Positions 41,656-50,465 of a stretch of 64,000 nucleotides of DNA are shown piece by piece. The notes below the pieces were generated by a model. The model made no database searches. It was not told the DNA's origin and worked only from the letters and a program-made list of their open reading frames with translations. The stretch spans positions 235,098 through 299,097 of the forward strand of contig JAGWKL010000001.1 of assembly GCA_028865345.1 (NCBI GenBank). Reading direction: 5' to 3'. Source of the stretch: Candidatus Omnitrophota bacterium. Its GTDB lineage: Bacteria; Omnitrophota; Gorgyraeia; Zapsychrales; Fredricksoniimonadaceae. A program made the translations under genes and the position numbers. How positions within the stretch are numbered: the stretch's first letter is position 1; every line of letters starts with the position of its first letter.

Positions 41656-42323
41656 GCGAGGTCTTTGACTTTGGCCTCTGCAAATCCCTGGGCGCGCAGA
41701 CGGCAGCTGTCGCAGACCCCGCAGGGCCTTTTTCCGCCGTTATAACATGACCAGGTCAAATGAAGAGGCACCTTTAATTTAACGGCAAGCTTAACAATTT
41801 GCGCTTTGCTCAAATGGATCAAGGGTGTTTTGACCTTGATGATCTTGCCTTGGACAAAAGCCTTAAGGCCGCGCCCCAGCATGGCCTGATAGGCGCGGAT
41901 GAATTCAGGACGGCAATCAGGATAACCGGAATAATCCACGGCATTGGCCCCGATAAAAATGGCCCCGGCTGAGATGGCCTCGGCAAAAGACGCCGCGAAG
42001 CTCAAAAAAATGATATTGCGTCCCGGCACATAGGTGACGGGGATGTCTTTTCCGGTCAGCACCCGGTTTTGCGGAACAGGGATATTTTTGTCTAAAAGCG
42101 CGGAAGCCTTCCAGGGCAAACGGATGGCCACACACACACTGGGGCAGCCGGCCTGCCGCGCCAGGGCCTTGGCGGCGCTTATCTCTTTCTTGTGTTTTTG
42201 CCCGTAGTCAAAGACCAGGCAGCGGCAATCGTAACCTTGGGCGAGCGCGTGGTAAAGCGTCGTCGAGGAATCGAGACCGCCGGACAACAGGATAACGGCT
42301 GTTTTACTCATAGTAAACGACAC
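41652..42323 (-). CDS. queC: 7-cyano-7-deazaguanine synthase
   Basis: 'LLSGGLDSST' PP-loop and C-terminal zinc Cys cluster 'CYNGGKRPCGVCDSC'. Confidence 0.9.
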   Translation of the reverse strand: MSFTMSKTAVILLSGGLDSSTTLYHALAQGYDCRCLVFDYGQKHKKEISAAKALARQAGCPSVCVAIRLPWKASALLDKNIPVPQNRVLTGKDIPVTYVPGRNIIFLSFAASFAEAISAGAIFIGANAVDYSGYPDCRPEFIRAYQAMLGRGLKAFVQGKIIKVKTPLIHLSKAQIVKLAVKLKVPLHLTWSCYNGGKRPCGVCDSCRLRAQGFAEAKVKDLA

Positions 42324-42684
42324 TGGCTGTTTCGGATTCCCAAACCTGCACCTGCTTGACTTCCAGGGGCGCGCACGCCTCCCTCATGGCGCGGTACACA
42401 TGGCGGGCGATATTCTCCGTCGAAGGGTTAAGGCCCTTAAAAGCGGGTAGATCATTGAGGACCACGTGGTCCAAGGGCATGAGGACTTTTTTAAGTTTGT
42501 CTTTAAGGACCTTGAAATCCGTCAAAAGACCCACCTTGTCCAGGGTATGGCCGGCGACCGACACCTCGACCTTCCATGTATGGCCATGCATGTCCTTACA
42601 GGGACCGTCGTACCCCGGCAATTGATGGGCCGACGCAATGGAATCACGGACCGTGACTTCAAACATAAATGTGCCTCCTGACAT
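42304..42684 (-). CDS. queD: 6-carboxy-5,6,7,8-tetrahydropterin synthase
   Basis: PTPS fold with 'CKDMHGHTW' zinc-binding His motif. Confidence 0.85.
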   Translation of the reverse strand: MSGGTFMFEVTVRDSIASAHQLPGYDGPCKDMHGHTWKVEVSVAGHTLDKVGLLTDFKVLKDKLKKVLMPLDHVVLNDLPAFKGLNPSTENIARHVYRAMREACAPLEVKQVQVWESETASVVYYE

Positions 42685-43474
42685 CCTTGATGCCCTCGCC
42701 TAAAAATCTCGAGGCCAGTCGCTCGAATTGCTTGGGCTCATCGGTCACGATGAACCTCTGCCGCCCCCTGCTTGAAGACGCACGCAAGAGCCCGGAGGTG
42801 GCCAGCATTTCTTTGACCTCCAGCGCCACTTCCCGGGCTGAATCAACCAGCTGGACCCTGGGCCCCATGACATCATGCAAAACCCCCTTAAGCAGGGGAT
42901 AATGCGTGCATCCCAGGATCAGGGTATCGATTTTTTTCTTCTTCATGCCCTTGAGATATTCCCGGGCGATCCGGTAGGTCACCTCATGGGCGAACCATCC
43001 CTCCTCGACCAACGGCACGAACAGAGGGCAGGCCATGCTCGTGACTGCAATCTTTTTGTCGCATGCCGTGATTTTATCGGCATATCTGCCGCTTTTGACC
43101 GTCGAAGATGTGGCAATGACCCCCACTTTTTTGTTGCGGGTGACTGCGGCGGCCTTGCGGGCCCCGGGCTCGATGACGCCCAAGACAGGCAGGTCGAATT
43201 CTTTTTTTAAAACATCCAGCGCCAGCGACGATGCCGTGTTGCAGGCCACCACCACCATCTTGACCTTGTATTTCAGCAAGGCCCCCACGATCTCACGCGC
43301 GTACCGGATGATCGTCTCGGCGGATTTGGTGCCGTAGGGCACCCGGGCCGTGTCCCCGAAATATACGATCTGCTCAAAGGGCAGGTGGCGGATGATCTCT
43401 TTGACAACCGTCAAGCCCCCCAGTCCCGAATCAAAAACGCCGATAGGATTTTGTGTTCTATTATTCGTTGGCAT
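42659..43474 (-). CDS. murI: Glutamate racemase
   Basis: 'IGVFDSGLGGLTV' and 'VVACNTAS' catalytic Cys motifs. Confidence 0.85.
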   Translation of the reverse strand: MPTNNRTQNPIGVFDSGLGGLTVVKEIIRHLPFEQIVYFGDTARVPYGTKSAETIIRYAREIVGALLKYKVKMVVVACNTASSLALDVLKKEFDLPVLGVIEPGARKAAAVTRNKKVGVIATSSTVKSGRYADKITACDKKIAVTSMACPLFVPLVEEGWFAHEVTYRIAREYLKGMKKKKIDTLILGCTHYPLLKGVLHDVMGPRVQLVDSAREVALEVKEMLATSGLLRASSSRGRQRFIVTDEPKQFERLASRFLGEGIKDVRRHIYV

Positions 43475-44492
43475 AATCCAGGACGCCGCGGGCAATGACC
43501 CTCGCCAGCTTTTGGCGATAAAGGGGCGAAGTCAATTTATTTTTATCCCCGCGGTTGGACAGGAAACCTGTTTCAACCAGTACCGCCGGTATTAACGTAT
43601 TACGCACCACGAAAAAATGGCACAGCCGCATGCCGTTGCCCCGTACCCTGATCCCCGCCTCGCGGGCCTCCCTGATAATGGCCCTGACCAATACCTTTGT
43701 GCGCGTGTCCTTAACGGTATCCATCATGTCCGTAACAATATTCCGCAGAACTGGAGAATTCTCGGCCTTGAGGGACTCTAAATAGGTGCGCTCATTTTCC
43801 CGGCGTTGCTCTTCGTCCAATTCCCTCCAGGTGATGTCGTCAAGATAATAAACGATCAGCCCGCTGACGGCGCGGTCCCGGCTGAAATTGGCATGGATAC
43901 TGATGAACAAATCCGCGCCGCTTTTGGCGGCCATGATGGTACGCTCCTGCAAAGATATAAAATCATCCGTGTCCCTGGTCATGATGACCCTGATCCCGGC
44001 GTCCTCCAAAAGCCTCTTAAGCCGCCTGCCCACATCCAAAACGATCGTTTTTTCATCGACGTCCCTGGACCAGGACCTGGTGCCCGTGTCTTTGCCGCCA
44101 TGGCCTGGATCAAGGACAACGGTATGCACCCATGAGGAACTCTCCACCATGGGCAGCCCCATGAGAGGCACTCCGTAAGGGGCCAATACCTTGGCTTCAA
44201 AATCTTCCGGCACGTAAATCGTACTGTTCACACGGGTCAGGGGCGCGCTTAAGACTATCTGTTTTTGGCCGACGATGACCGTCGAGCTTCCCACCATCGC
44301 CATGGACTTATTGCCCTTGTACTCCATCATGACCTCTTGGGCGATGGGGTCCCACTGCCAGCTGACATGGTAGCGCTGGCAAAGGTCCGGCAGGGGCACC
44401 CCCATCGGCGCGGTGGGCGCGATCACAGGCCCGCCTGCGCAGCCGTTGAGGGCCAGGACCACCAAAATAAACGCCAGGAGCCGGGGCATCAT
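43461..44492 (-). CDS. N-acetylmuramoyl-L-alanine amidase (Amidase_3) lipoprotein with N-terminal AMIN-like domain
   Basis: Lipobox 'LNGC'; 'VVLDPGHGGKDTG' amidase_3 motif. Confidence 0.8.
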   Translation of the reverse strand: MMPRLLAFILVVLALNGCAGGPVIAPTAPMGVPLPDLCQRYHVSWQWDPIAQEVMMEYKGNKSMAMVGSSTVIVGQKQIVLSAPLTRVNSTIYVPEDFEAKVLAPYGVPLMGLPMVESSSWVHTVVLDPGHGGKDTGTRSWSRDVDEKTIVLDVGRRLKRLLEDAGIRVIMTRDTDDFISLQERTIMAAKSGADLFISIHANFSRDRAVSGLIVYYLDDITWRELDEEQRRENERTYLESLKAENSPVLRNIVTDMMDTVKDTRTKVLVRAIIREAREAGIRVRGNGMRLCHFFVVRNTLIPAVLVETGFLSNRGDKNKLTSPLYRQKLARVIARGVLDYANE

Positions 44493-45307
44493 TACGGAAT
44501 GTCCTCTTGTGAAGTTTCAACTGCGTGGGTCAGCATCGTCAGAAAAACAACCGTCTCCGTCTTTTGCATCAGATGGCCATGAGACCGGAAAACCAGGCCG
44601 ACGATGGGAATGCTCCCAAGCCAGGGAAGTTTATGGGTGCGTTTGATCTCTTCTTCCTTCATAAAACCGCCGATGACGATGGTCGTATTATCAGCCACGG
44701 GTATGTCGGTTTGGGCCCAAAGCGGCACCGATGCCGGAACCATCCGGCCATTAAAGAGCTCTGTAGCGGCGATGGCAATATGAGGGACGATGTGCAATGA
44801 AAGGCCGCCTGTCTTCAGGCGCGACAACAGAAGATCCACACGGATGTCCTGCTTCTGGAAACTGACGCTGACCGGCACGCCGAGAGTCACTGCCACCGGC
44901 GATTGCGGAAACTGGCTGACCTTCCCGGCCACATCCAGCGCGTCCAGCAGGACGTTGTAATCATCCTCGGAGAGCGTACCGAAGCTCAGGCGATATCTAT
45001 TATCATTCCAGAGAGGGTCATCCTCTTTTTTTAAAAGGGCGGTATTAAAATCAGAGACGATGGCGCCCCAATCGATGCCGCTGCGGTGCTCGTCGTTGAG
45101 AATGATCTGTACGACGTTTGTTTCAACCATGATCTTCGCCGGCGGCTTATGCGGGACATTGCCGGTCGCATGGACGGCCGCGCCGACCGAAGCGTTCTGC
45201 ATATCCATGGAGTTATCCTGGATGTTCCCCTGGATGTCGTCCTGGGCCCTGACCGTTGTGGCCGAAGCCAAAAGAAGGCAAAATATAAGACTAAGCTTTA
45301 AATACAT
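44492..45307 (-). CDS. Short secretin-domain outer membrane protein (signal peptide + C-terminal secretin module only)
   Basis: 'TIVIGGFMKEEEIKRTHKLPWLGSIPIVGLVFRS' matches the secretin C-domain consensus; only about 270 aa. Confidence 0.55.
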   Translation of the reverse strand: MYLKLSLIFCLLLASATTVRAQDDIQGNIQDNSMDMQNASVGAAVHATGNVPHKPPAKIMVETNVVQIILNDEHRSGIDWGAIVSDFNTALLKKEDDPLWNDNRYRLSFGTLSEDDYNVLLDALDVAGKVSQFPQSPVAVTLGVPVSVSFQKQDIRVDLLLSRLKTGGLSLHIVPHIAIAATELFNGRMVPASVPLWAQTDIPVADNTTIVIGGFMKEEEIKRTHKLPWLGSIPIVGLVFRSHGHLMQKTETVVFLTMLTHAVETSQEDIP

Positions 45308-45311
45308 ATAG

Positions 45312-46238
45312 TTATTTATAGTGAGAATTCGTGAATTTAGCAATAAAAAAACCTTCCATTCTTTCATCGGGCAGGATGCGCAAAGGCGTGCCGCCAGGAA
45401 AACTGTAAGAACGGCCCTGCCATTGGGACAGGCAGGGGTAGGTCTTGATTGCGTTCAACGCGGGCGGCACAAGCTCAAAACCCCCGCCGGTCTTGCGTAA
45501 AAACCAATCCACCACCTCTTCATTCTCTTCAGGAGCGAAAGTACAGGTGGCATAAACCATGGTCCCGCCGGGCTTCAGAAATCTTGAGGCATTCAACAAA
45601 AGGCCTTTTTGTTTATGGGACATTTCTTTGATTTTACGCACGCTCCAGTACGCAAAGCTTTTGGGCTCATCGAGCGTAAAACGGCCCTCGCAACTGCAAG
45701 GCGCATCCACTAAAACGCGCTCGAAGCCCTCCCCCTCCGGCCTCATGCGCCTGCCGTCGACGGACGATAACAGGGCGCGGGCCCCGGTCAACCGCAGCAC
45801 GGATTTCAACTTATAAACTCTCTGGGCCACGGGCTCATTGGCCTTTAAAGTGCCCTGGTTGTTCATAAGCATGGCGATCTGGGATGTCTTGCTGCCCGGC
45901 GCCGCGCACATGTCCAGCACATGCTCTCCGGGGCGGGGGTCCAAAACCATGACAGCCAAAATACTCTCCAGGCCCTGGGCATATAAAAGACCGTCAGCCA
46001 CAAGATCTGACTTCAAGAGCTCCCGGGCCGCCGATTTCGGGACCAGAACAGCATAGGGGCAAAAATCGACTTTGCGGAAATCCACTTGTGCGCGGGACAA
46101 GGCGTCCCAAGCTTCTTGCACGCCTGTCTTAAGCGTATTGATGCGGAAAGACTGCCACGCCCTGGGCCCAAAAATCCCGTCAGGCCTTTGCGGCAGGATT
46201 TCCTTAAGTCTGTCTTCGAATTCTGTCGGAAACGGCAT
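45312..46238 (-). CDS. RsmB/RsmF/NOP2-family RNA cytosine-C5 methyltransferase
   Basis: 'DMCAAPGSKT' SAM motif, 'PCSCEG' catalytic Cys motif. Confidence 0.8.
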   Translation of the reverse strand: MPFPTEFEDRLKEILPQRPDGIFGPRAWQSFRINTLKTGVQEAWDALSRAQVDFRKVDFCPYAVLVPKSAARELLKSDLVADGLLYAQGLESILAVMVLDPRPGEHVLDMCAAPGSKTSQIAMLMNNQGTLKANEPVAQRVYKLKSVLRLTGARALLSSVDGRRMRPEGEGFERVLVDAPCSCEGRFTLDEPKSFAYWSVRKIKEMSHKQKGLLLNASRFLKPGGTMVYATCTFAPEENEEVVDWFLRKTGGGFELVPPALNAIKTYPCLSQWQGRSYSFPGGTPLRILPDERMEGFFIAKFTNSHYK

Positions 46239-46242
46239 AGTT

Positions 46243-46863
46243 CTAATGGAAATCGCAGCCGGTGACATGGTCGTTGACCATGCCCACCGCCTGCATGAAG
46301 GCATAGCAGATGGTGGAGCCCACAAAATTAAAACCCCTTTTTTTGAGGTCCTTGCTCATCGCATCCGACTCCGGGCTCGTGGCGGGAAGCTTTTTGATGT
46401 CCGTGATACGGTTCTTGCGCGGCCGGCCGTTGACGAACCGCCAGACATACTTGTCAAATGAACCGAATTCCTTTTGCACCGCCAGGAAGGCCCGGGCATT
46501 GGCGATGGCCGAGGCTATCTTCAAGCGGTTGCGGATGATCCCTTCATTGTCCAGCAGTTGCCTGACTTTTTTATCATCGTAACGGGCGACCTCGGCCGGA
46601 TCAAAACGATCAAAGGCCTTGCGGTAATTTTCCCGTTTTTTCAGCACGGTCAGCCAACTGAGACCGGCCTGGGCGCCTTCCAGGACCAGGAATTCGAACA
46701 GCAGGCGGTCATCATGGACAGGCCGGCCCCATTCTTTGTCATGATAGTCGATATAGAGGGGGTCGCCGGCACACCAGCCGCAGCGTTTTTTGACCTTCAC
46801 GATTAAAACTCCAGGCCAAATCGGGAGCCGACTTCCAGGGTGGTATTGGCAGGTTCGTTCCAC
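46243..46863 (-). CDS. tag: DNA-3-methyladenine glycosylase I (start probably internal, near KKRCGWC)
   Basis: 'RCGWCAGDPLYIDYHDKEWG' Tag zinc/HhH signature. Confidence 0.8.
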   Translation of the reverse strand: MERTCQYHPGSRLPIWPGVLIVKVKKRCGWCAGDPLYIDYHDKEWGRPVHDDRLLFEFLVLEGAQAGLSWLTVLKKRENYRKAFDRFDPAEVARYDDKKVRQLLDNEGIIRNRLKIASAIANARAFLAVQKEFGSFDKYVWRFVNGRPRKNRITDIKKLPATSPESDAMSKDLKKRGFNFVGSTICYAFMQAVGMVNDHVTGCDFH

Positions 46864-47846
46864 TGGTTGGAAAAACTACCGTCCACTGTTGCGGAAACCA
46901 AATTGGAACGCTCAATGCTCCAGAAACGGACAAAAGGCTCAAAGTAAAAGTCAAGACGGGGTGTATCGTACATCAATTTAAACGAGCCCCGAATGCCGTA
47001 GCCGCTGTCCTGGAAATTATGGATGTTGGGGTTATTGTCATGGTTAAACTGATCGCCGTCGCTCAAATCGCTGACCTGCCAGCCGTTGATAAAAATGTCA
47101 TATTCCAGATTGAAGGCGGTGGTCCATGATTTATAAGGTATGGTCGCACTCACGCCGATGGGCAGATAATAATAGTTGGAACGCCGGTCGTAAGCATAAA
47201 CGCCCCCGGAAGATGTTGTTGTAAGAATGCCGTTGCCTTTATCTAACAGGTACCGGTACCCAAAACCTATATAAGGCGTTACGAGGGAATGGTCGGCCAA
47301 TAGATAGTCTTTACCGAGCAGGGCCCTCAATTCGTAATTATAATTCGGGCTTCGATGGGTGCCGGACCCTTTATAATCGAGCGTTCCCAAAGCATACCGG
47401 CCTTCAAACTTGTACGTATTGATAATCGCATTATTTAGAATATTCCCATCGGAGGGGCGGTAGGCATAGTTAAGGTAATATTCCGTCATTACCCCGCTGG
47501 TCTTGACATGGGCGTCGGGCTCCTTATATAGATAATAATACGGGGCGGAGCCGATTTCCAAGGTGTTCACCTTCCTTGGATCAAGCTGCTGTTGACCGGA
47601 AAAAAAGATATCATGCAGCCAATGAGAAGAAGCGGTGCCGGCAACTACAGGATGTGTGGACGGGACGGCCGCCTGCCGGAGACTTGCATAGTCTTGATGG
47701 GCCGCTTCGGCAGTGACATGCTGCTCTTCAACGGTATTCATTTGGGCATTGATCGCCTGACTACGCTGGCCGGTCCCCTGATACCCATCGGCCATGGCAC
47801 CGGTGGCCCAAAATATCAAAAAGGAAAACAAGAAAAGAAAACGCAT
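46803..47846 (-). CDS. Hypothetical outer-membrane beta-barrel protein
   Basis: Signal peptide, alternating-hydrophobic beta strands, C-terminal '...RFGLEF' aromatic terminus. Confidence 0.45.
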   Translation of the reverse strand: MRFLFLFSFLIFWATGAMADGYQGTGQRSQAINAQMNTVEEQHVTAEAAHQDYASLRQAAVPSTHPVVAGTASSHWLHDIFFSGQQQLDPRKVNTLEIGSAPYYYLYKEPDAHVKTSGVMTEYYLNYAYRPSDGNILNNAIINTYKFEGRYALGTLDYKGSGTHRSPNYNYELRALLGKDYLLADHSLVTPYIGFGYRYLLDKGNGILTTTSSGGVYAYDRRSNYYYLPIGVSATIPYKSWTTAFNLEYDIFINGWQVSDLSDGDQFNHDNNPNIHNFQDSGYGIRGSFKLMYDTPRLDFYFEPFVRFWSIERSNLVSATVDGSFSNQWNEPANTTLEVGSRFGLEF

Positions 47847-47887
47847 ATCCTCTATTTTAAGGGTCTTATTAAAAAGGTCAAACTTAA

Positions 47888-48265
47888 TCAGGAAAAAATC
47901 AATCCGCTGGTAATGGGCCGGCGTCCGGCATAACCATCCTCAAGCCCATGGAACCAGGCGATCCTGGGCTCATCCGAACGCCAGCACAGCAAGGCCTGCT
48001 GGCCATGGATGATCGCCGGAAAATCCACCAACCCGACCTGAAAGTTCCAGTCTTTATAATAACAGCCGATATCCTCAAGCCTGGCCATCAACGCCTGAAT
48101 GTTGTGGTTTAATTCCATCAACCGGTTTTCGCCTTCGCGCGAAATGTCGGGCGCGGACATAAGGTCCCTGGCCTGCCGGGCCTGGCCTAAAATGTCATCA
48201 ACGATCGTCCTAACAAGGCCCAATGTTTGATCGGCTTGTTTGGGGGTAAAAAATTTATCAGCCAT
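47888..48265 (-). CDS. Hypothetical cytoplasmic protein
   Basis: ORF only, 125 aa. Confidence 0.3.
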   Translation of the reverse strand: MADKFFTPKQADQTLGLVRTIVDDILGQARQARDLMSAPDISREGENRLMELNHNIQALMARLEDIGCYYKDWNFQVGLVDFPAIIHGQQALLCWRSDEPRIAWFHGLEDGYAGRRPITSGLIFS

Positions 48266-48273
48266 GATGTCTT

Positions 48274-48663
48274 TCAGGGGCCTTTTAAAAGCTCTTTGAC
48301 CTTGCCCACCAATTCAAAAATATCAAATGGTTTGGGCACATAAAAGGTCGCGGCCTCGAACTCTTCCGGTGCGGCCGTGTGGTCCAGAAGCCCGCTTAGA
48401 ATAATGATCGGGGTGGTTTTATAACGCTCATCCGAGCGCACCTTCATGCTGAAATACCATCCGTTCATGACCGGCATGGTCAAATCCGAAATGATCAGGT
48501 CCGGGACATAGTCTTTAAGCGCGTTCAGGGCCTGTTCGCCGTTGGGGGCGGTCGCCACCTCATAGCCTTCTTTTTGCAGGGTCGTCTTAAGAAAATAAAC
48601 GGTGTCTTTATCGTCATCCACGACTAAAATCTTGTGGGGCATACACGGTATCTCCTGTACCAT
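48274..48663 (-). CDS. Single-domain CheY-like response regulator (paralog of 15907..16284)
   Basis: 'ILVVDDDKD...DLIISDLTMPVMNGW...IIILSG...KPF'; aligns position-by-position with the other single-domain RR. Confidence 0.8.
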   Translation of the reverse strand: MVQEIPCMPHKILVVDDDKDTVYFLKTTLQKEGYEVATAPNGEQALNALKDYVPDLIISDLTMPVMNGWYFSMKVRSDERYKTTPIIILSGLLDHTAAPEEFEAATFYVPKPFDIFELVGKVKELLKGP

Positions 48664-48783
48664 TTTTAATGTACCATAATCACCCCTATTAATCCATCAA
48701 CAAAATTCAGTTGCCTTGGAAAAGAGCCCATTATGTTTGATTTCTTTCAACAGGAGTGTTATTCTCTCAGGTGAGGGTATTAT

Positions 48784-49233
48784 ATGCCTGCACGAAAAGG
48801 ATTTACTTTAATTGAGATCATTGTTGTCATCGTCATCGTAGCAATTTTAGCCGTAATTGCCATCCCCAGTTACGAAAACTACATGCAGCTGGTCGCCGCC
48901 AGGGCGGCCCAAAATAATTTGGTCGGCATTTACAACGCGCAAAAACTTTATTATTTAAATAATAACGGTACTTATTGCACAGCCTCCTGCACCACCATGG
49001 CCACCATCAATGCAAACCTGTCTTTAAACATCACCGACAGCTACTTCACTTACGCCTGTTCCAATACAGGCGGATTTCAATGCACCGCAACAAACATCTC
49101 CGACGGCACCTTTACACTGGTTGTCAAAAACAATCCGATTGTTTTGGTGGGCGGAGCAGGATGTGCCACCACTGCCGGGGCCAGTTGCAACCCGAGCTGT
49201 TCGCCCACCACCAACCCGTATTGCCCTTCTTGA
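48784..49233 (+). CDS. Prepilin-type N-terminal cleavage/methylation domain protein (type IV pilin / pseudopilin)
   Basis: 'KGFTLIEIIVVIVIVAILA' class III signal peptide; Cys-rich C-terminus. Confidence 0.7.
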   Translation: MPARKGFTLIEIIVVIVIVAILAVIAIPSYENYMQLVAARAAQNNLVGIYNAQKLYYLNNNGTYCTASCTTMATINANLSLNITDSYFTYACSNTGGFQCTATNISDGTFTLVVKNNPIVLVGGAGCATTAGASCNPSCSPTTNPYCPS

Positions 49234-49247
49234 TCTTAACTGAAAAT

Positions 49248-50450
49248 TTACGAAAGGCCGGCGATAGGAATGTCGGCAGGAACGTCGGCGTCGTAATCAA
49301 CGCCGTTTAACCCGAAGCCGAAGAGTTTCAAGAAGTCCTTGTTGTACCCTTCGACGTCGGCGATTTGGGAGAGGTTTTCATTGCCGACGATCTTCCAAAG
49401 CTTGCCTACCTCGACCTGGACGTCCTCGCGCATCTCATAGTCATCGATGCGCACGCGGCCCTGGGTATCGGTGGGGACCTTGTCCAAAGGAAGGCCGTTA
49501 TACAAGCGTTGGGAAAAAAGGCGGTAAATCTGGTGGATGCAGTCTTCATGCACGTTTTTGGCCTTCATCACCTTCATCAGCAGCACGAAATACAGCGGGA
49601 TAAACGGAATGGCCGATGAGCTTTGCGTGACCAGGGCCTTGTTAACGGACACCAGGGCCCGGCCGCCTATTTTTTTCATGCGTTCATCCAAGGCGTGGGC
49701 TGTGGCCTCCAAATCATCCTTGGCCGCCCCGATGGTGCCGTTGCGGTAGACGGGTGTCGTCACGTCAGGCCCGATATAAGAATAAGCGACCGTGGCCGCA
49801 CCCTTGGCCAGGAGACCATCCTTCATCAATGCGTCTATCCAAAGCTGCCAGTCCTCCCCGCCCATGACCTTGATGGTCTGCCGGATCTCTTCGTCCTGTG
49901 CCGCTTCAAGGGTGACCTGAGTGACCTGGTTGCTCTCAAAATCAATGCTTTTGTTGGTATAAGGTTTATCTTTGGGTTTGAGGACCGACTTGTACACTTC
50001 GCCGGTTTTGGGGTCTGTCCGCCGGGGGGAAGCCAGTGAATAAATAACGCCGTCCACCTGGCCCAAATCTTTCTTGATGGTCTCACAGACCCGGCGCCGC
50101 ATCTCATCGGAGAAAGCATCACCGTTGAAGCTTTTGGCGTAAAGGCCCGCTTTGCGGGCGGCCTCTTCGAAGGCTGCGGAATTATACCACCCGGCAGTGG
50201 CCGTGCGCCTGTCGTCCGCGGGCCGTTCAAAAAAGACGCCGATGGTTGCCGCCCCGCAGGCAAAGGCCGCGGCGATACGGGAAGCCAGGCCATAGCCGGT
50301 GGAAGCGCCGATCACTAAAACTTTTTTGGGACCGTTGGCAACCGCCGCCTGGCTGCGGATATATTCGATCTGCTCGCCGACATGGCGGCCGCACCCCACC
50401 GGATGGGCCGTGGTACAGATGAACCCGCGTATTTTAGGTTTGATGATCAT
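49248..50450 (-). CDS. fabV: Enoyl-[acyl-carrier-protein] reductase FabV (trans-2-enoyl-CoA reductase family)
   Basis: 'MIIKPKIRGFICTTAHPVGC' FabV N-terminus, 400 aa. Confidence 0.85.
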   Translation of the reverse strand: MIIKPKIRGFICTTAHPVGCGRHVGEQIEYIRSQAAVANGPKKVLVIGASTGYGLASRIAAAFACGAATIGVFFERPADDRRTATAGWYNSAAFEEAARKAGLYAKSFNGDAFSDEMRRRVCETIKKDLGQVDGVIYSLASPRRTDPKTGEVYKSVLKPKDKPYTNKSIDFESNQVTQVTLEAAQDEEIRQTIKVMGGEDWQLWIDALMKDGLLAKGAATVAYSYIGPDVTTPVYRNGTIGAAKDDLEATAHALDERMKKIGGRALVSVNKALVTQSSSAIPFIPLYFVLLMKVMKAKNVHEDCIHQIYRLFSQRLYNGLPLDKVPTDTQGRVRIDDYEMREDVQVEVGKLWKIVGNENLSQIADVEGYNKDFLKLFGFGLNGVDYDADVPADIPIAGLS

Positions 50451-50465
50451 GAATGAAGAAGGATA

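Noticed and set aside
42600-42760. preQ1 riboswitch upstream of queD
   Set aside because: The queD start overlaps the murI coding region, leaving no leader. No PreQ1-I/II-like hairpin plus A-rich tail seen.
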